Position numbers and translations under genes: made by a program. A model generated the notes under the pieces. The model worked only from the letters and a program-made list of their open reading frames with translations, had not been told where the DNA came from and did not search any database. 64,000 bases of DNA from Gemmatimonadota bacterium. Its GTDB lineage: Bacteria > Gemmatimonadota > Gemmatimonadetes > Palauibacterales > KS3-K002. Positions 1 to 9,116 of this stretch are shown piece by piece. The DNA is taken from positions 7,027-71,026 of the forward strand of contig JBDHAL010000001.1 of NCBI GenBank assembly GCA_039588075.1. The letters are read 5' to 3'. Positions within the stretch are counted from its first letter, which is position 1, and each line of letters begins with the position of its first letter.

Positions 1-524
1 CCGAGGTTCTTGAGATCGCCGGTGGAGTCCTTGATGCCGACGATGTTCGGGTGGCTGCCCAGTTCGGCCAGCAGGCCGGCGGTGATGTCGACGGGGACGA
101 ACTTGGGCACGTTATAGAGTATGACCGGCACCGGGACGGAATCGGCGACGACCTCGAAGTGGTGGCGAACGGTTTCGGGATCCATGCGGCCGCGGTAGTA
201 GGCCGGGGGCCGGACGAGAACGGCGTCGGCACCCGCCTCGGCGACGGCCCGCGACATGCGCGCCACGGCCCGCGTCGCTTCGGCGCCCGTACCGGCGATG
301 ACGGTTCGTTCCGGCGGCACCACATCGCGCGCCCACTCGACGAGCTGGACGATCTCGGCTTCGTCCAGCAAGGGCGCTTCGCCGGTCGAGCCGGCGATCA
401 CGAAGCCGTGAACGCCCGCTTCCAGCCAGGCCCGCATGTTGTCCCGGAAGGATACCGGTGCGATGGCGCCGGTGGCGCCGTCGAACGGCGTGGTCACCGG
501 CAGTATGACGCCTTCTGGCCTCAA
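1..524 (-). CDS. dapA: 4-hydroxy-tetrahydrodipicolinate synthase, partial (C-terminus runs off the window start)
   Basis: The minus-strand translation reads LRPEGVILPVTTPFDGATGAIAPVSF...GFVIAGSTGEAPLLDEAEI...VLVRPPAYY, which matches the DapA/NAL family. It starts at a TTG whose TTGA overlaps the pilT stop. Confidence 0.8.
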   Translation of the reverse strand, partial: MRPEGVILPVTTPFDGATGAIAPVSFRDNMRAWLEAGVHGFVIAGSTGEAPLLDEAEIVQLVEWARDVVPPERTVIAGTGAEATRAVARMSRAVAEAGADAVLVRPPAYYRGRMDPETVRHHFEVVADSVPVPVILYNVPKFVPVDITAGLLAELGSHPNIVGIKDSTGDLKNL

Positions 525-1612
525 ATCAGCTCCTGCACCAGGGAGTCTTCACCCAGCGTCTTCATCCGCAGCTCGAAGTCGGCCGGGTTGGATGCCGCGT
601 TCTTCGCTTCATCGTAGTCGACCAGCCCCTCCTTGACCAGCTGCATCAAGTTCTGGTCGAATGTCTGCATTCCGTACTGCTGCCGGCCTTCCTCCATCAG
701 GTCTCGGATCTCTCCCAGCTTCTCCGGCTCGAGGATGCAATCGCGAATCGCGCCTGTCACCACCATGATCTCGGAGGCCAGGACGCGGCCGCTCTCGTCC
801 GCCTTGGGCAACAGGCGCTGAGAAACCACGGCGGCCAGCGACTCGCCCAGGCGTACGCGCAGCATCTCCTGCTCCTCCGGCGGGAACACGGAGATGGTGC
901 GGCTGATGGTGGTCGCGGCGTCCGGCGTGTGCAGAGTGGAGATGACGAGGTGCCCGGTCTCGGTCGCCTTGATCGCCGTGTCGATCGTCTCGGTGTCGCG
1001 CATCTCACCGATCAGGATCACGTCGGGGTCCTCGCGCAACGCCGCCCGCAGGCCGGTCTGGAACGAGCTGGTATCGCTGCCGATCTCGCGCTGTGTGATC
1101 GAGCAGTTGATGTCGCGGTGCAGGTACTCGATGGGGTTCTCCAGCGTGATGATGTGGCGGCGGAAGTTCTGGTTGATGTGGTGGATCATCGCCGCCTGGG
1201 TCGTCGTCTTACCGGAGCCGGTAACGCCGGTCACCAGGATGAGGCCGCGGGGCAGTGACGAGATGTCTGGCAAGGCGGGCGGCAGGCCGAGCTCTTCAAA
1301 CTTGGGGATCTCGACCGGGATGATGCGCAGCACGATCATGAAGCTGCCGCGCTGTTTCAATATGTTGACGCGGAAGCGGCCGAGGCCCGGCACGCCCCAG
1401 GCGCAGTCGTAGTCGGTGATCCGGTCGATGTTGTTGCGATCGCGCTCGTTCGGGATGAGGCGCATGGCGACCTCGCGCGTCTGCTCCGGCGTCAGAAGCT
1501 GCTTGGTCATGGGGACCAACTCGCCGTGGATCCGAGCCCGGAACACATCGCCCGCCTTGATGTGAAGGTCGCTGGCCCCGCGCTCGATCGCCGTCCTCAG
1601 AATTTTTTCCAT
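521..1612 (-). CDS. pilT: type IV pilus twitching-motility ATPase PilT
   Basis: 363-aa ORF with a Walker A motif (GVTGSGKTTT), an Asp box and a His box, typical of the PilT/PilU family. Confidence 0.9.
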   Translation of the reverse strand: MEKILRTAIERGASDLHIKAGDVFRARIHGELVPMTKQLLTPEQTREVAMRLIPNERDRNNIDRITDYDCAWGVPGLGRFRVNILKQRGSFMIVLRIIPVEIPKFEELGLPPALPDISSLPRGLILVTGVTGSGKTTTQAAMIHHINQNFRRHIITLENPIEYLHRDINCSITQREIGSDTSSFQTGLRAALREDPDVILIGEMRDTETIDTAIKATETGHLVISTLHTPDAATTISRTISVFPPEEQEMLRVRLGESLAAVVSQRLLPKADESGRVLASEIMVVTGAIRDCILEPEKLGEIRDLMEEGRQQYGMQTFDQNLMQLVKEGLVDYDEAKNAASNPADFELRMKTLGEDSLVQELI

Positions 1613-1621
1613 AACCCGCTC

Positions 1622-2674
1622 CTAATAACCCGCTGCCTTGTTCACCCTGTTGAGCATCGGCTCTCCCGCCAGGTAGCGCCGCGCGTTCTCAACGATCAGT
1701 TCGGTCTCCCGCTCCCAGAAACGCGGGCTGACGCCGGCGATGTGCGGGGTCACGCAAACGTTGTCCAGTTCCCACAAGGGGCTCGCCTCGGGGAGTGGCT
1801 CCTCCAAAAAAACATCCAGCCCGGCTCCCCGGATCGACCGCGTCCGCAGCGCCTCGATCATCGCCGCCTCTTCCACGATCCTGCCGCGGGCCACGTTGAT
1901 CAGGACCGCCCCCTTCTTCATCACCGCCAGTTCGGCGGCGCCGATCAGCAGGTCGGTCTCCGCCGTGTGCGGGACGGTTAGCACCACGTAGTCGCTACCC
2001 GCCAGCAGGTCCCGGAGATCCTCCGGGCCCAACAGCCGATCGACCTCCCCAGGGGCCGCGCCCTCCGGGTGGCGCTTCAGGGCCCACACCTTCATCCCCA
2101 GGCCCCTGGCGCGCCGCCCCACTTCCCGGCCGATGCCGCCGTAGCCGATCACGCCGACCACGGCGCCCGCCAGCTCACTCACCGGGCCCGGGCCGCCGGC
2201 AACACGGTCACGGTCCCACAGAGCGCCGCGCCGCCGGCTCGCCTCCACCTGGTCCAGCCCGCGGGCGAAGTAGAACATCAACGCCACCACGTGCTCCGCC
2301 ACCGGCACACCGTGCGTGCCCGCCGAGTTGGTGAAGATCACGTCGCTCTTCGCCATCTCGCCGTGGAGCGAGCCGCCGACACCCGCCGCCCCCGAGTGCA
2401 CCCAGCGGAGCCGGCCCGAGGCCTCGAAGATCTCACGCGGGATGCCGAACCCCACGTAGACCTCCGCATCTGTCAAAGACTCTCGCAACGACGCCGTCAT
2501 CCGTAGCGCGCCGTCGCCGGAACCATCCGCCTCCTCCAAGACGCGGACCAGCTCCCAGTCTTTCGGAAGCGAGGCGCGAATCCGCCCCGTGTCCTCATCG
2601 GGCATGCACCACAAGGGGTGGCTGGAGGAGTACATGTCGATGACGAAACGGCGGGCGGGAGGGGGATCTGTCAT
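1622..2674 (-). CDS. D-isomer-specific 2-hydroxyacid dehydrogenase family protein (NAD-binding)
   Basis: Contains a GxGxxG Rossmann motif (GVIGYGGIGREVG) and a catalytic region typical of D-2-hydroxyacid dehydrogenases. The true start may be an internal Met. Confidence 0.75.
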   Translation of the reverse strand: MTDPPPARRFVIDMYSSSHPLWCMPDEDTGRIRASLPKDWELVRVLEEADGSGDGALRMTASLRESLTDAEVYVGFGIPREIFEASGRLRWVHSGAAGVGGSLHGEMAKSDVIFTNSAGTHGVPVAEHVVALMFYFARGLDQVEASRRRGALWDRDRVAGGPGPVSELAGAVVGVIGYGGIGREVGRRARGLGMKVWALKRHPEGAAPGEVDRLLGPEDLRDLLAGSDYVVLTVPHTAETDLLIGAAELAVMKKGAVLINVARGRIVEEAAMIEALRTRSIRGAGLDVFLEEPLPEASPLWELDNVCVTPHIAGVSPRFWERETELIVENARRYLAGEPMLNRVNKAAGY

Positions 2675-2710
2675 ATTATAATGCCGGCCGGCCTCGCGCG
2701 TGTAGGTTGG

Positions 2711-3391
2711 CTAATGAACCGTAATCCGTCTCACACCCTCCGATGCCGCAAGCTCTTTCAGCGCCACATCTCTCTTGGCCGCCGAGCCGTAGACCTCGTA
2801 GGAAGCTCGGAAGCGCTCGTGTTGTTTTTCGACTTTCGACGGCAAGGCGCGGAGCCCGTACTTGTTGAACAGTTGGGCGATATCTTCGAGCAACTCGGGA
2901 TTGGGATCCAGCGTCACATCCAGCTGGATGGACTTGCGACGCTTGAAGACGAATTCTTCGATCCAGCCGAGCAGGACGAGGGTACCGCCGACCAGGGCGG
3001 TGGTACCGACCGCCTCGACGTAGGCGTGGGCGCCCACTGCCAGACCTATGGCAGCGACGACCCACAGAGTCGCGGCGGTCGTGAGCCCGACGATCGAGCC
3101 TCGCTCGACCAGGATGGTGCCGGCACCGATGAAGCCGATACCGGTCACGACCTGCGCGGCGATGCGCCCGGGGTCGGCCGGCCCGACGACGGCCGTCGCC
3201 GCCACCGATCGGGAGAGATCCATTAGCAGGGCCGCGCCGACGCAAATCAGGATGTTCGTCCTCAGACCTGCCGGCTTGCCGGAAAACTCGCGCTCCAGCC
3301 CAATCAGGCCGCCGAGCACCGCCGCCAGGACCAGGCGGCCGAACAGGCCGAGCTGCAGCGTTTCGATCAGTCTCGGGTCTAGCCAATCCAC
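2711..3391 (-). CDS. mgtC: MgtC/SapB family membrane protein
   Basis: Hydrophobic N-terminal MgtC domain (ERE...GLRTN...GIGFIGAGTI) followed by a soluble C-terminal ACT-like domain. Confidence 0.75.
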   Translation of the reverse strand: MDWLDPRLIETLQLGLFGRLVLAAVLGGLIGLEREFSGKPAGLRTNILICVGAALLMDLSRSVAATAVVGPADPGRIAAQVVTGIGFIGAGTILVERGSIVGLTTAATLWVVAAIGLAVGAHAYVEAVGTTALVGGTLVLLGWIEEFVFKRRKSIQLDVTLDPNPELLEDIAQLFNKYGLRALPSKVEKQHERFRASYEVYGSAAKRDVALKELAASEGVRRITVH

Positions 3392-3413
3392 GATTTGACC
3401 CTCCTGATTGGCG

Positions 3414-4430
3414 TCAGTCTACTTCCGCGGGCCGGACCGCCGCCGTCGGTACGAGGCCCATGCGTTTCCGCACCTCGGTCATCGTCCGCCCGGCGATCTC
3501 GCGACAGTACCGCGCGCCGGCGCCCAGCACCTCGATGACGTACTCCGGGTTCTGCTTCAACTCGGCCGCCCGCTCGCGGATCGGCCGCAGTCTCTCGATC
3601 ACGTTGTCGGCCAAACGCCGCTTGCACTCGACGCAGCCGATCCCGGCGCTGCGACAGCCCGCGTCGGCCCACGCCACGTCCTCGTCACTCGAGAAATGCC
3701 GGTGCAGGCTGAAGATGTTGCAGACGTCCGGGTTGCCCGGATCGTCACGCCGCTTGCGCGCAGGGTCCGTCAGACCGATGCGGATCTTCTCCCACACCTC
3801 AACCGGCGACTCGAGCAGGCCGACCGTGTTGCCCAGCGACTTCGACATCTTCGCCTGGCCGTCCAGGCCCAGCACGCGCCGCACCTTGCCCACCAGCGCC
3901 TGGGGCTCCGGGAAATACTCGCCGTAGCGCGCGTTCCACTTGCGGGCGATCTCGCGCGTCAGCTCGACGTGCTGCACCTGATCCTCGCCGACCGGCACCG
4001 CGTCGGCATGGTAAAGCAGGATGTCCGCCGCCTGCAGCACCGGGTAGTTCAGAAGACCGGCCAACACCGATTCCTGTCGCACCGACTTGTCCTTGTACTG
4101 GGTCATCCGCTCCAGCTCGCCCAGCGGCGTCACCGTATTGAAGACCCAGGCCAGCTCGGCGTGCTCGGGTACCTGCGACTGGACGAAGATCGTGCACTTC
4201 TCAGGATCCAGCCCAGCCGCGATCAGCGTCAGCGCCATGTCATATACCCGGCTCGGCATCTCCGCTAAATCGTACGGCTGCGTGATGGCGTGAAGATCGA
4301 CGATGCTGAAGAAGCACTCGTACTTCTCCTGCAACTCGACCCAGTTCATCACCGCGCCCAGGTAATTGCCGATGTGCAGCTCGCCCGAGGGCTGGATTCC
4401 GCTGAAGACTATCTTCTTCTTATCTGCCAT
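3414..4430 (-). CDS. trpS: tryptophan--tRNA ligase
   Basis: Class I HIGN motif (GELHIGNYLG), a KMSKS motif (KMSKSLGN) and overall TrpS architecture. Confidence 0.95.
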   Translation of the reverse strand: MADKKKIVFSGIQPSGELHIGNYLGAVMNWVELQEKYECFFSIVDLHAITQPYDLAEMPSRVYDMALTLIAAGLDPEKCTIFVQSQVPEHAELAWVFNTVTPLGELERMTQYKDKSVRQESVLAGLLNYPVLQAADILLYHADAVPVGEDQVQHVELTREIARKWNARYGEYFPEPQALVGKVRRVLGLDGQAKMSKSLGNTVGLLESPVEVWEKIRIGLTDPARKRRDDPGNPDVCNIFSLHRHFSSDEDVAWADAGCRSAGIGCVECKRRLADNVIERLRPIRERAAELKQNPEYVIEVLGAGARYCREIAGRTMTEVRKRMGLVPTAAVRPAEVD

Positions 4431-4488
4431 ATCTCGCTTTCTCGTTACAGCAGCTTAAGTTACCCGGCGTCATCAACCCGATCAAGCG

Positions 4489-5289
4489 ATGAGCTCACTC
4501 GACGACCTGCTGCACGCCGCCCAGAACGCCGCCCGCGTCGCGGCCGATATCCACCGCCGCTCCGGCCGCCTCGATCCGGCTTCCTGGACCGAGAAAGGCC
4601 ACGCCGACTGGGTCAGCGAGATCGACACCGCCGCCGAGCAGGCCGCCGTCGCCGAGATCCGCGACGTCTTCCCCGATCACGCCATCGCCGCCGAGGAACG
4701 CGACTGGGGCGGCCCCGACCCGGAAGATGCCGAGGTCACCTGGTACATCGATCCCCTCGACGGCACCACAAACTTCCTCCACGGCTACCCCTACCACGCG
4801 GCCTCCGTCGCCGCCGTCGATGCCCTGGGACCCGCCGCCGCCGCCGTCATCAACTCCGCCCGCTGGGAGACCTTCCTCGCCCAACGCGGCGAAGGCGCCT
4901 CGATGGACGGTCACCCGATATCGGTCTCCAGCGTCGGCGAGCTCAAGCTCGCCCTCATCGGCACCGGGTTCCCATTCAAGAAGACGGAACTGCTCGATAC
5001 GTACCTGGCCCAGTTCCAAGCCATCCTGCCCCTGACCAGCGGCGTCCGCCGCACCGGCTCCGCCGCCATCGATCTCTGTGACCTGGCCTGCGGCCGCCTC
5101 GACGGCTTTTGGGAACTCCACCTGGCGCCGTGGGATGTCGCCGCGGGCGTTTTGATACTCAGAGAGGCGGGCGGCCTCATTACCGATCTTGATGGAGACG
5201 AGGATGTCGTGAAGCATGGCGGGTTCTTGGCGGGGAACCCTGGGGTTTATCGGGAGCTCAGGAGAGTTTTGTCGAACATCGAACATTGA
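4489..5289 (+). CDS. suhB: inositol monophosphatase family protein (SuhB-like)
   Basis: IMPase motifs: EERDWG metal-binding region, IDPLDGTTNF and WDVAAG. Confidence 0.85.
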   Translation: MSSLDDLLHAAQNAARVAADIHRRSGRLDPASWTEKGHADWVSEIDTAAEQAAVAEIRDVFPDHAIAAEERDWGGPDPEDAEVTWYIDPLDGTTNFLHGYPYHAASVAAVDALGPAAAAVINSARWETFLAQRGEGASMDGHPISVSSVGELKLALIGTGFPFKKTELLDTYLAQFQAILPLTSGVRRTGSAAIDLCDLACGRLDGFWELHLAPWDVAAGVLILREAGGLITDLDGDEDVVKHGGFLAGNPGVYRELRRVLSNIEH

Positions 5290-5486
5290 CCATCGTCCAT
5301 CGAACGTCGACCCGTACTTCCCGACTCCGAACATCGAACGTCGAGCAGCAAACATCGAACCTCGAAGCCCGTCAGCCCCCATGTACAACGCGTCAACGTT
5401 CAACGTGCGGTCCTCGATGTTCGACATCGAACGTCGGGCCGTATTCTCGACGTTCGATGAACGATGCTCGATGTTCAATGTTCACT
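5271..5486. repeat. about 215-bp imperfect palindromic element built from CGAACATCGAAC / GTTCGATGTTCG motifs, sitting between convergent genes
   Basis: The left arm 5271-5312 (GTCGAACATCGAACATTGACCATCGTCCATCGAACGTCGAC) is the near reverse complement of the right arm 5445-5486. There are at least six internal copies of the CGAAC(A/G)TCGA motif. Confidence 0.5.
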
Positions 5487-6723
5487 GCAAATAATCAAGG
5501 ATCCCCACATCCCCAAGCGCTCGCCGCTCAACCCACCTCTCCATGAACGGACTGTCGAACCCATAAAGGCCTTCCCCTCGCTTCACTACCAGATCCGCAT
5601 CGATCAGCGCCTCCAGCGCCGACGCTACGTAAGAGCTCCCCCGCAATCCGTACCGCTCCCGCGCCGCCTCCGAGTAAAGCTTCTTCTCCCCGGCGGCGAT
5701 CGCCCGCAGCACGTTCTGCTGAAGCGCCGTGCGCCGGTCCCATTCTCCACGCAGCAGATCGCCCTCGACATCCACCACGAGATCGAGGGCCCGCGCCGCG
5801 TCGCCTTCCACCAACTTCCCCGCCGCGGCACCTACCTGGAACGCGGCGCGCGCCAGCTGCACGATGTCCCGGGTCCGAGGACGCGCCAGCTCCACGATCC
5901 GCTTCCCCATACCCCCCGCATCCACACCGCGCGTCTCCATCCGCGACTCGATCCAGCGCGCCATGTGATCCTCGTCGATCGGGCCGAACGGCAGGAGCTC
6001 GAACAGCTTGAAGAACGCGCGGTTCTTCTCCGTCATCGCCAGCATCAAGCTTTCCTTCGAGCCGGCCAGAACGTAGCTGACGTGCTTGTGCTTCTGGATC
6101 ACCCCCCGAAGGTGCCATTCGGCGTCCGCGCCGCCGAATCGATGGATCTCCTGAAACTCGTCCAGCACCACCGCGATCGTCTTCTTGCGCGCCTCCGCCA
6201 GCCGGTCTATCGCGTCCAGCGTCTCGGCCAGCGTCACCCGCTGCTCCTCCAGCGGCGCGTTCCGACGCGCCACGTCCAATATCAGCGTCGGGTTCCCCGA
6301 CCCCGCCTCGTACACCACCCGGACCCCGACCCGCAGGTGGTTCACCAGGTCTCCCACCACGTTCTCCCACGTCGGCCTCAACTGGCGCGCCGCCGCCTGC
6401 AGGATCCGCGTCGCCATGTCCGCCAGCACCGTCGTCGCCGACATGTCCGCCATCACCGCCGGCTGCCGCTTCCGCCGCGCACGCTGCACCGCCGTCTCCA
6501 GCGCCGACGACTTCCCCATCCCCCGCGGACCGTACACCAGTAGCTTCGACTGCGCCGCGCCTAATCCGCCCTCGATCCGGCGAAGCTCCGACGCCCGATC
6601 GGTGAAGTACTCCCCGACTACCGTGCCTCCGACTCGAAACGGGTTCACCAGCCCGGCTCCGGGCCGCGGCGGCAAGAGACCGGCGCCAACAAGCGCGGCC
6701 CGGCTGCCCGTAATCCACGCCAC
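5482..6723 (-). CDS. ATP-binding protein (archaeal-type ATPase domain with C-terminal DUF234-like region)
   Basis: Walker A (GPRGMGKSS), Walker B (VVLDEFQE) and the characteristic DUF234 tail. Confidence 0.7.
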   Translation of the reverse strand: MAWITGSRAALVGAGLLPPRPGAGLVNPFRVGGTVVGEYFTDRASELRRIEGGLGAAQSKLLVYGPRGMGKSSALETAVQRARRKRQPAVMADMSATTVLADMATRILQAAARQLRPTWENVVGDLVNHLRVGVRVVYEAGSGNPTLILDVARRNAPLEEQRVTLAETLDAIDRLAEARKKTIAVVLDEFQEIHRFGGADAEWHLRGVIQKHKHVSYVLAGSKESLMLAMTEKNRAFFKLFELLPFGPIDEDHMARWIESRMETRGVDAGGMGKRIVELARPRTRDIVQLARAAFQVGAAAGKLVEGDAARALDLVVDVEGDLLRGEWDRRTALQQNVLRAIAAGEKKLYSEAARERYGLRGSSYVASALEALIDADLVVKRGEGLYGFDSPFMERWVERRALGDVGILDYLQ

Positions 6724-6894
6724 ATAGCGAGGTAAGTGATCACTGACTCAGTTATTAATTAGCTAATATGATAAGTGTGCTATTAGTTACTACCATAATG
6801 ACTCGCTGAGTCGATCGCAAGCGGCCGGCTCGCACTACATCTGGCGGCGACCGAATGGTTATCTTTCGCGTGGCAACCGAGGCGGGGAGGGATA
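6724..6894. promoter_or_regulatory. AT-rich divergent intergenic region with TGACTCAG / GCTGAGTC palindromes; likely promoters/operator
   Basis: GC content drops sharply here (ttattaattagctaatatgataagtgtgctattag). Inverted repeats tcactgactcagtta ... gactcgctgagtcga. The downstream RBS GGGGAGGGATAATG precedes the 6895 start. Confidence 0.3.
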
Positions 6895-7590
6895 ATGGAC
6901 GACGGCCGGCCGACGCGGCTCCCCACGGACGAGTTGGAACCTCGCAGCTGGCATCTCGCGACGTGGTTCTACGCACTGCTTTACGCCCTATCGCGGAAGC
7001 GGGAGGTGCAGGGCGTGTCGGTCGCGGCGCTGAAGGTGGGCGATCACGATCAGCAGGCCTCGCTGCGCAGTGTGGACGAGGCGCTGCAGCTGATCAGCGA
7101 GCACGACCCGCGGTGTTTCGCACGGCTGCAGAAGCACGTACGCAGCATCTGGGTGGGTCCGATCCCGAACTATGCGCGCGGCCAGTGGATAGAGGACCTT
7201 CGGATGTGCATGCTACGAGATTCGTACGTGAGCTCGGATGAGACGTCGGTAGCGCACGTCGCATCGATCATCGTGCACGAGTCGACGCACGCGTGGCTGG
7301 AGCAGGCGGGGTTCGGATACGACGAGCGGGTTCGGGCGCGAGTCGAGCGCATCTGCATCAGGTCACAACTCGCGTTCGCCCGGAAGCATCCCGATGGCGC
7401 GCGGCTGATTGAAGCACTCGAGGAAAGGCTGGCGCGGGACGATGCCTGGTGGTCGGACGCCCGGTTGCGGAACACGCAGCTGGGAGTATTGGAGGAGATG
7501 GGAACGCCGGGCTGGTTCAGGCGAATGATAGACCGAATGACACGGAACCGACCGGTGGGACCTAAGCGGCCCGCCAGTTCAGCAGAATGA
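6895..7590 (+). CDS. hypothetical protein with an HExxH (HESTH) zinc-metallopeptidase-like motif
   Basis: 231-aa ORF with a strong Shine-Dalgarno sequence. It has the single motif IIVHESTHAWLE and no other family I recognise. Confidence 0.5.
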   Translation: MDDGRPTRLPTDELEPRSWHLATWFYALLYALSRKREVQGVSVAALKVGDHDQQASLRSVDEALQLISEHDPRCFARLQKHVRSIWVGPIPNYARGQWIEDLRMCMLRDSYVSSDETSVAHVASIIVHESTHAWLEQAGFGYDERVRARVERICIRSQLAFARKHPDGARLIEALEERLARDDAWWSDARLRNTQLGVLEEMGTPGWFRRMIDRMTRNRPVGPKRPASSAE

Positions 7591-8932
7591 GCGTGCTGAC
7601 GGCCAGCCAGATGGCGACCAGGGCGCCGAAAAGCCAGTACTCGATGGACCGGAACCTCTGGCGCCCTTTCTTGCCGTGGAACCATGCGCCGACGAACACG
7701 GCGGGCAAGCCGGTGAGCACGGCGACCAGCGTCAGACGGTAGGACACCTCAGGCAGGATGTCGCGGTCGGCCAACTGGTCGGAGACCTGCAGCGCGCCCC
7801 AGCCGATGAGCAGGTACCCCAACATGATTTGCGGCAAGTAACGCTCTTTGATCTTCGAGAAGAGCCCGGTCGATCCGACGCCGTGAATCGGCGGGACCGA
7901 GGGGATCGGAGTCGCGTCGCCGGAAGACAGCCCGGCCAGGCGCCGGGCCACGTCGGCGGCGCTGGGCCGATGCTCGGGCTCCTTCTGAAGGCAGCGGCCG
8001 AGCACCTGCTCCAACTCCGCATCGACGTCTGCACGAAGTTCGGAGAGCTTTTTCGGCTCCTGCTGAACGTGGGCCGTGAACATCTCACGCTTCGAGCTTG
8101 CCTCGTAGGGCCCGCGTCCGGTCAGCAACTCGTAGCCAAGTAACCCGAGCGCGTACACGTCGCTGCGCTCAGTCACCTCGCCGCCCATCAACTGTTCGGG
8201 GCTCATGTAGCTGGGGTCGCCGACCAGCTCGCCCGTCCTCGTGATACGCTGCGGCTGGCTGCTGTCGCCTCGTGCCAGGATCCCCGCGATGCCGAAATCG
8301 CTGAGCAGCGCCCGGCCCGACTCCTCCTCGTAAAGCACGTTGTCCGGCCGGATATCCCGGTGCACGAAACCCTTCTTGTGCGCCGCGGCGACCGCGGACG
8401 AGACCTCGGCGATCACGCGCCGCGCCTCATCGACGGCCAGCTTCCCGTGCGCCTGGATCCGGCTCGCCATCGTCGTCCCCTGCACGTACTGCATGACGAT
8501 GTAGGGGAGGTCGTTGGACAACCTGCCGACTCCGTAAACCGCGACGATGTTGGGGTGCGAGAGAGAGGCCGCCGACTGGGCCTCGCGCTCGAAGCGGGCG
8601 CGGGCCTGCGCGTCCCGGGCAAGCTTGGGAGACAGGACCTTCACGGCCACGAGGCGCTTGAGCTGCGATTCCCGCGCCAGATAGACGTTCCCCATCGAGC
8701 CGCGGCCGAGCCGCCGCACCACCTGCAGCTCCGGCGCCAGCTCCTTGCGGAGCAACTCTTCCAGCTCGTCCGCCGACCCCTTCCCCGAATGCTGCTCCGG
8801 GGGAGGAGTCACATCCGGATCGAGCTCGTTATCGCTCCGATCGCCGGGGGTCTCGTCAGACGACATATCCGGGTTCAGCCCGCCAGGTGTCCATGATTTG
8901 GGTTTTTTGCGGAATTCTTCGCACCGCTGCAC
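7562..8932 (-). CDS. serine/threonine protein kinase with C-terminal transmembrane segments
   Basis: Hanks-type kinase motifs (GRGSMGNVY, VAVK, HRDIRPDNVL, DFG, SPE) followed by two C-terminal hydrophobic helices. The start could alternatively be at 8865. Confidence 0.85.
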   Translation of the reverse strand: MQRCEEFRKKPKSWTPGGLNPDMSSDETPGDRSDNELDPDVTPPPEQHSGKGSADELEELLRKELAPELQVVRRLGRGSMGNVYLARESQLKRLVAVKVLSPKLARDAQARARFEREAQSAASLSHPNIVAVYGVGRLSNDLPYIVMQYVQGTTMASRIQAHGKLAVDEARRVIAEVSSAVAAAHKKGFVHRDIRPDNVLYEEESGRALLSDFGIAGILARGDSSQPQRITRTGELVGDPSYMSPEQLMGGEVTERSDVYALGLLGYELLTGRGPYEASSKREMFTAHVQQEPKKLSELRADVDAELEQVLGRCLQKEPEHRPSAADVARRLAGLSSGDATPIPSVPPIHGVGSTGLFSKIKERYLPQIMLGYLLIGWGALQVSDQLADRDILPEVSYRLTLVAVLTGLPAVFVGAWFHGKKGRQRFRSIEYWLFGALVAIWLAVSTLILLNWRAA

Positions 8933-8977
8933 CGCGGAGGTTACGCCGCACCGCTCGGCTTAGCAAGGGTGGGATCG

Positions 8978-9113
8978 GATGGGGACTGTGTCGATCACGT
9001 CAACGACAACGACAATGAGAAGCGAGAATCCTGCGGTCCCGTTTTCTCGCTTCTCGCTGTGGTTGTCGCTGTCGTTATCGTTGTCGTTGTCGTAATCGAC
9101 ACAGTCCCCATCC
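8978..9113. repeat. palindromic (AACGAC)n-GAGAAGCGAGAA element, copy 1, immediately 3' of the BNR gene
   Basis: ggatggggactgtgtcgat...(aacgac)n...gagaagcgagaa | ttctcgcttctc...(gtcgtt)n...atcgacacagtccccatcc. This is a near-perfect inverted repeat of about 136 bp. Confidence 0.7.
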
Positions 9114-9116
9114 TTA

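Noticed and set aside
4495-5478. 327-aa minus-strand ORF antisense to suhB
   Set aside because: Low-complexity Gly/Ala/Asp-rich translation, fully overlapping a well-supported IMPase gene. GC-driven artefact.
5528-6718. 396-aa Gly/Arg-rich ORF (and the 359-aa plus-strand ORF 5464-6543) overlapping the ATPase gene
   Set aside because: Alternative-frame and antisense shadows. Only the 5482-6723 frame carries Walker A/B motifs.
8978-9113. CRISPR array hypothesis for the (AACGAC)n repeats
   Set aside because: They are palindromic arms of a single hairpin element, with no repeat-spacer periodicity, no unique spacers and no cas genes nearby.
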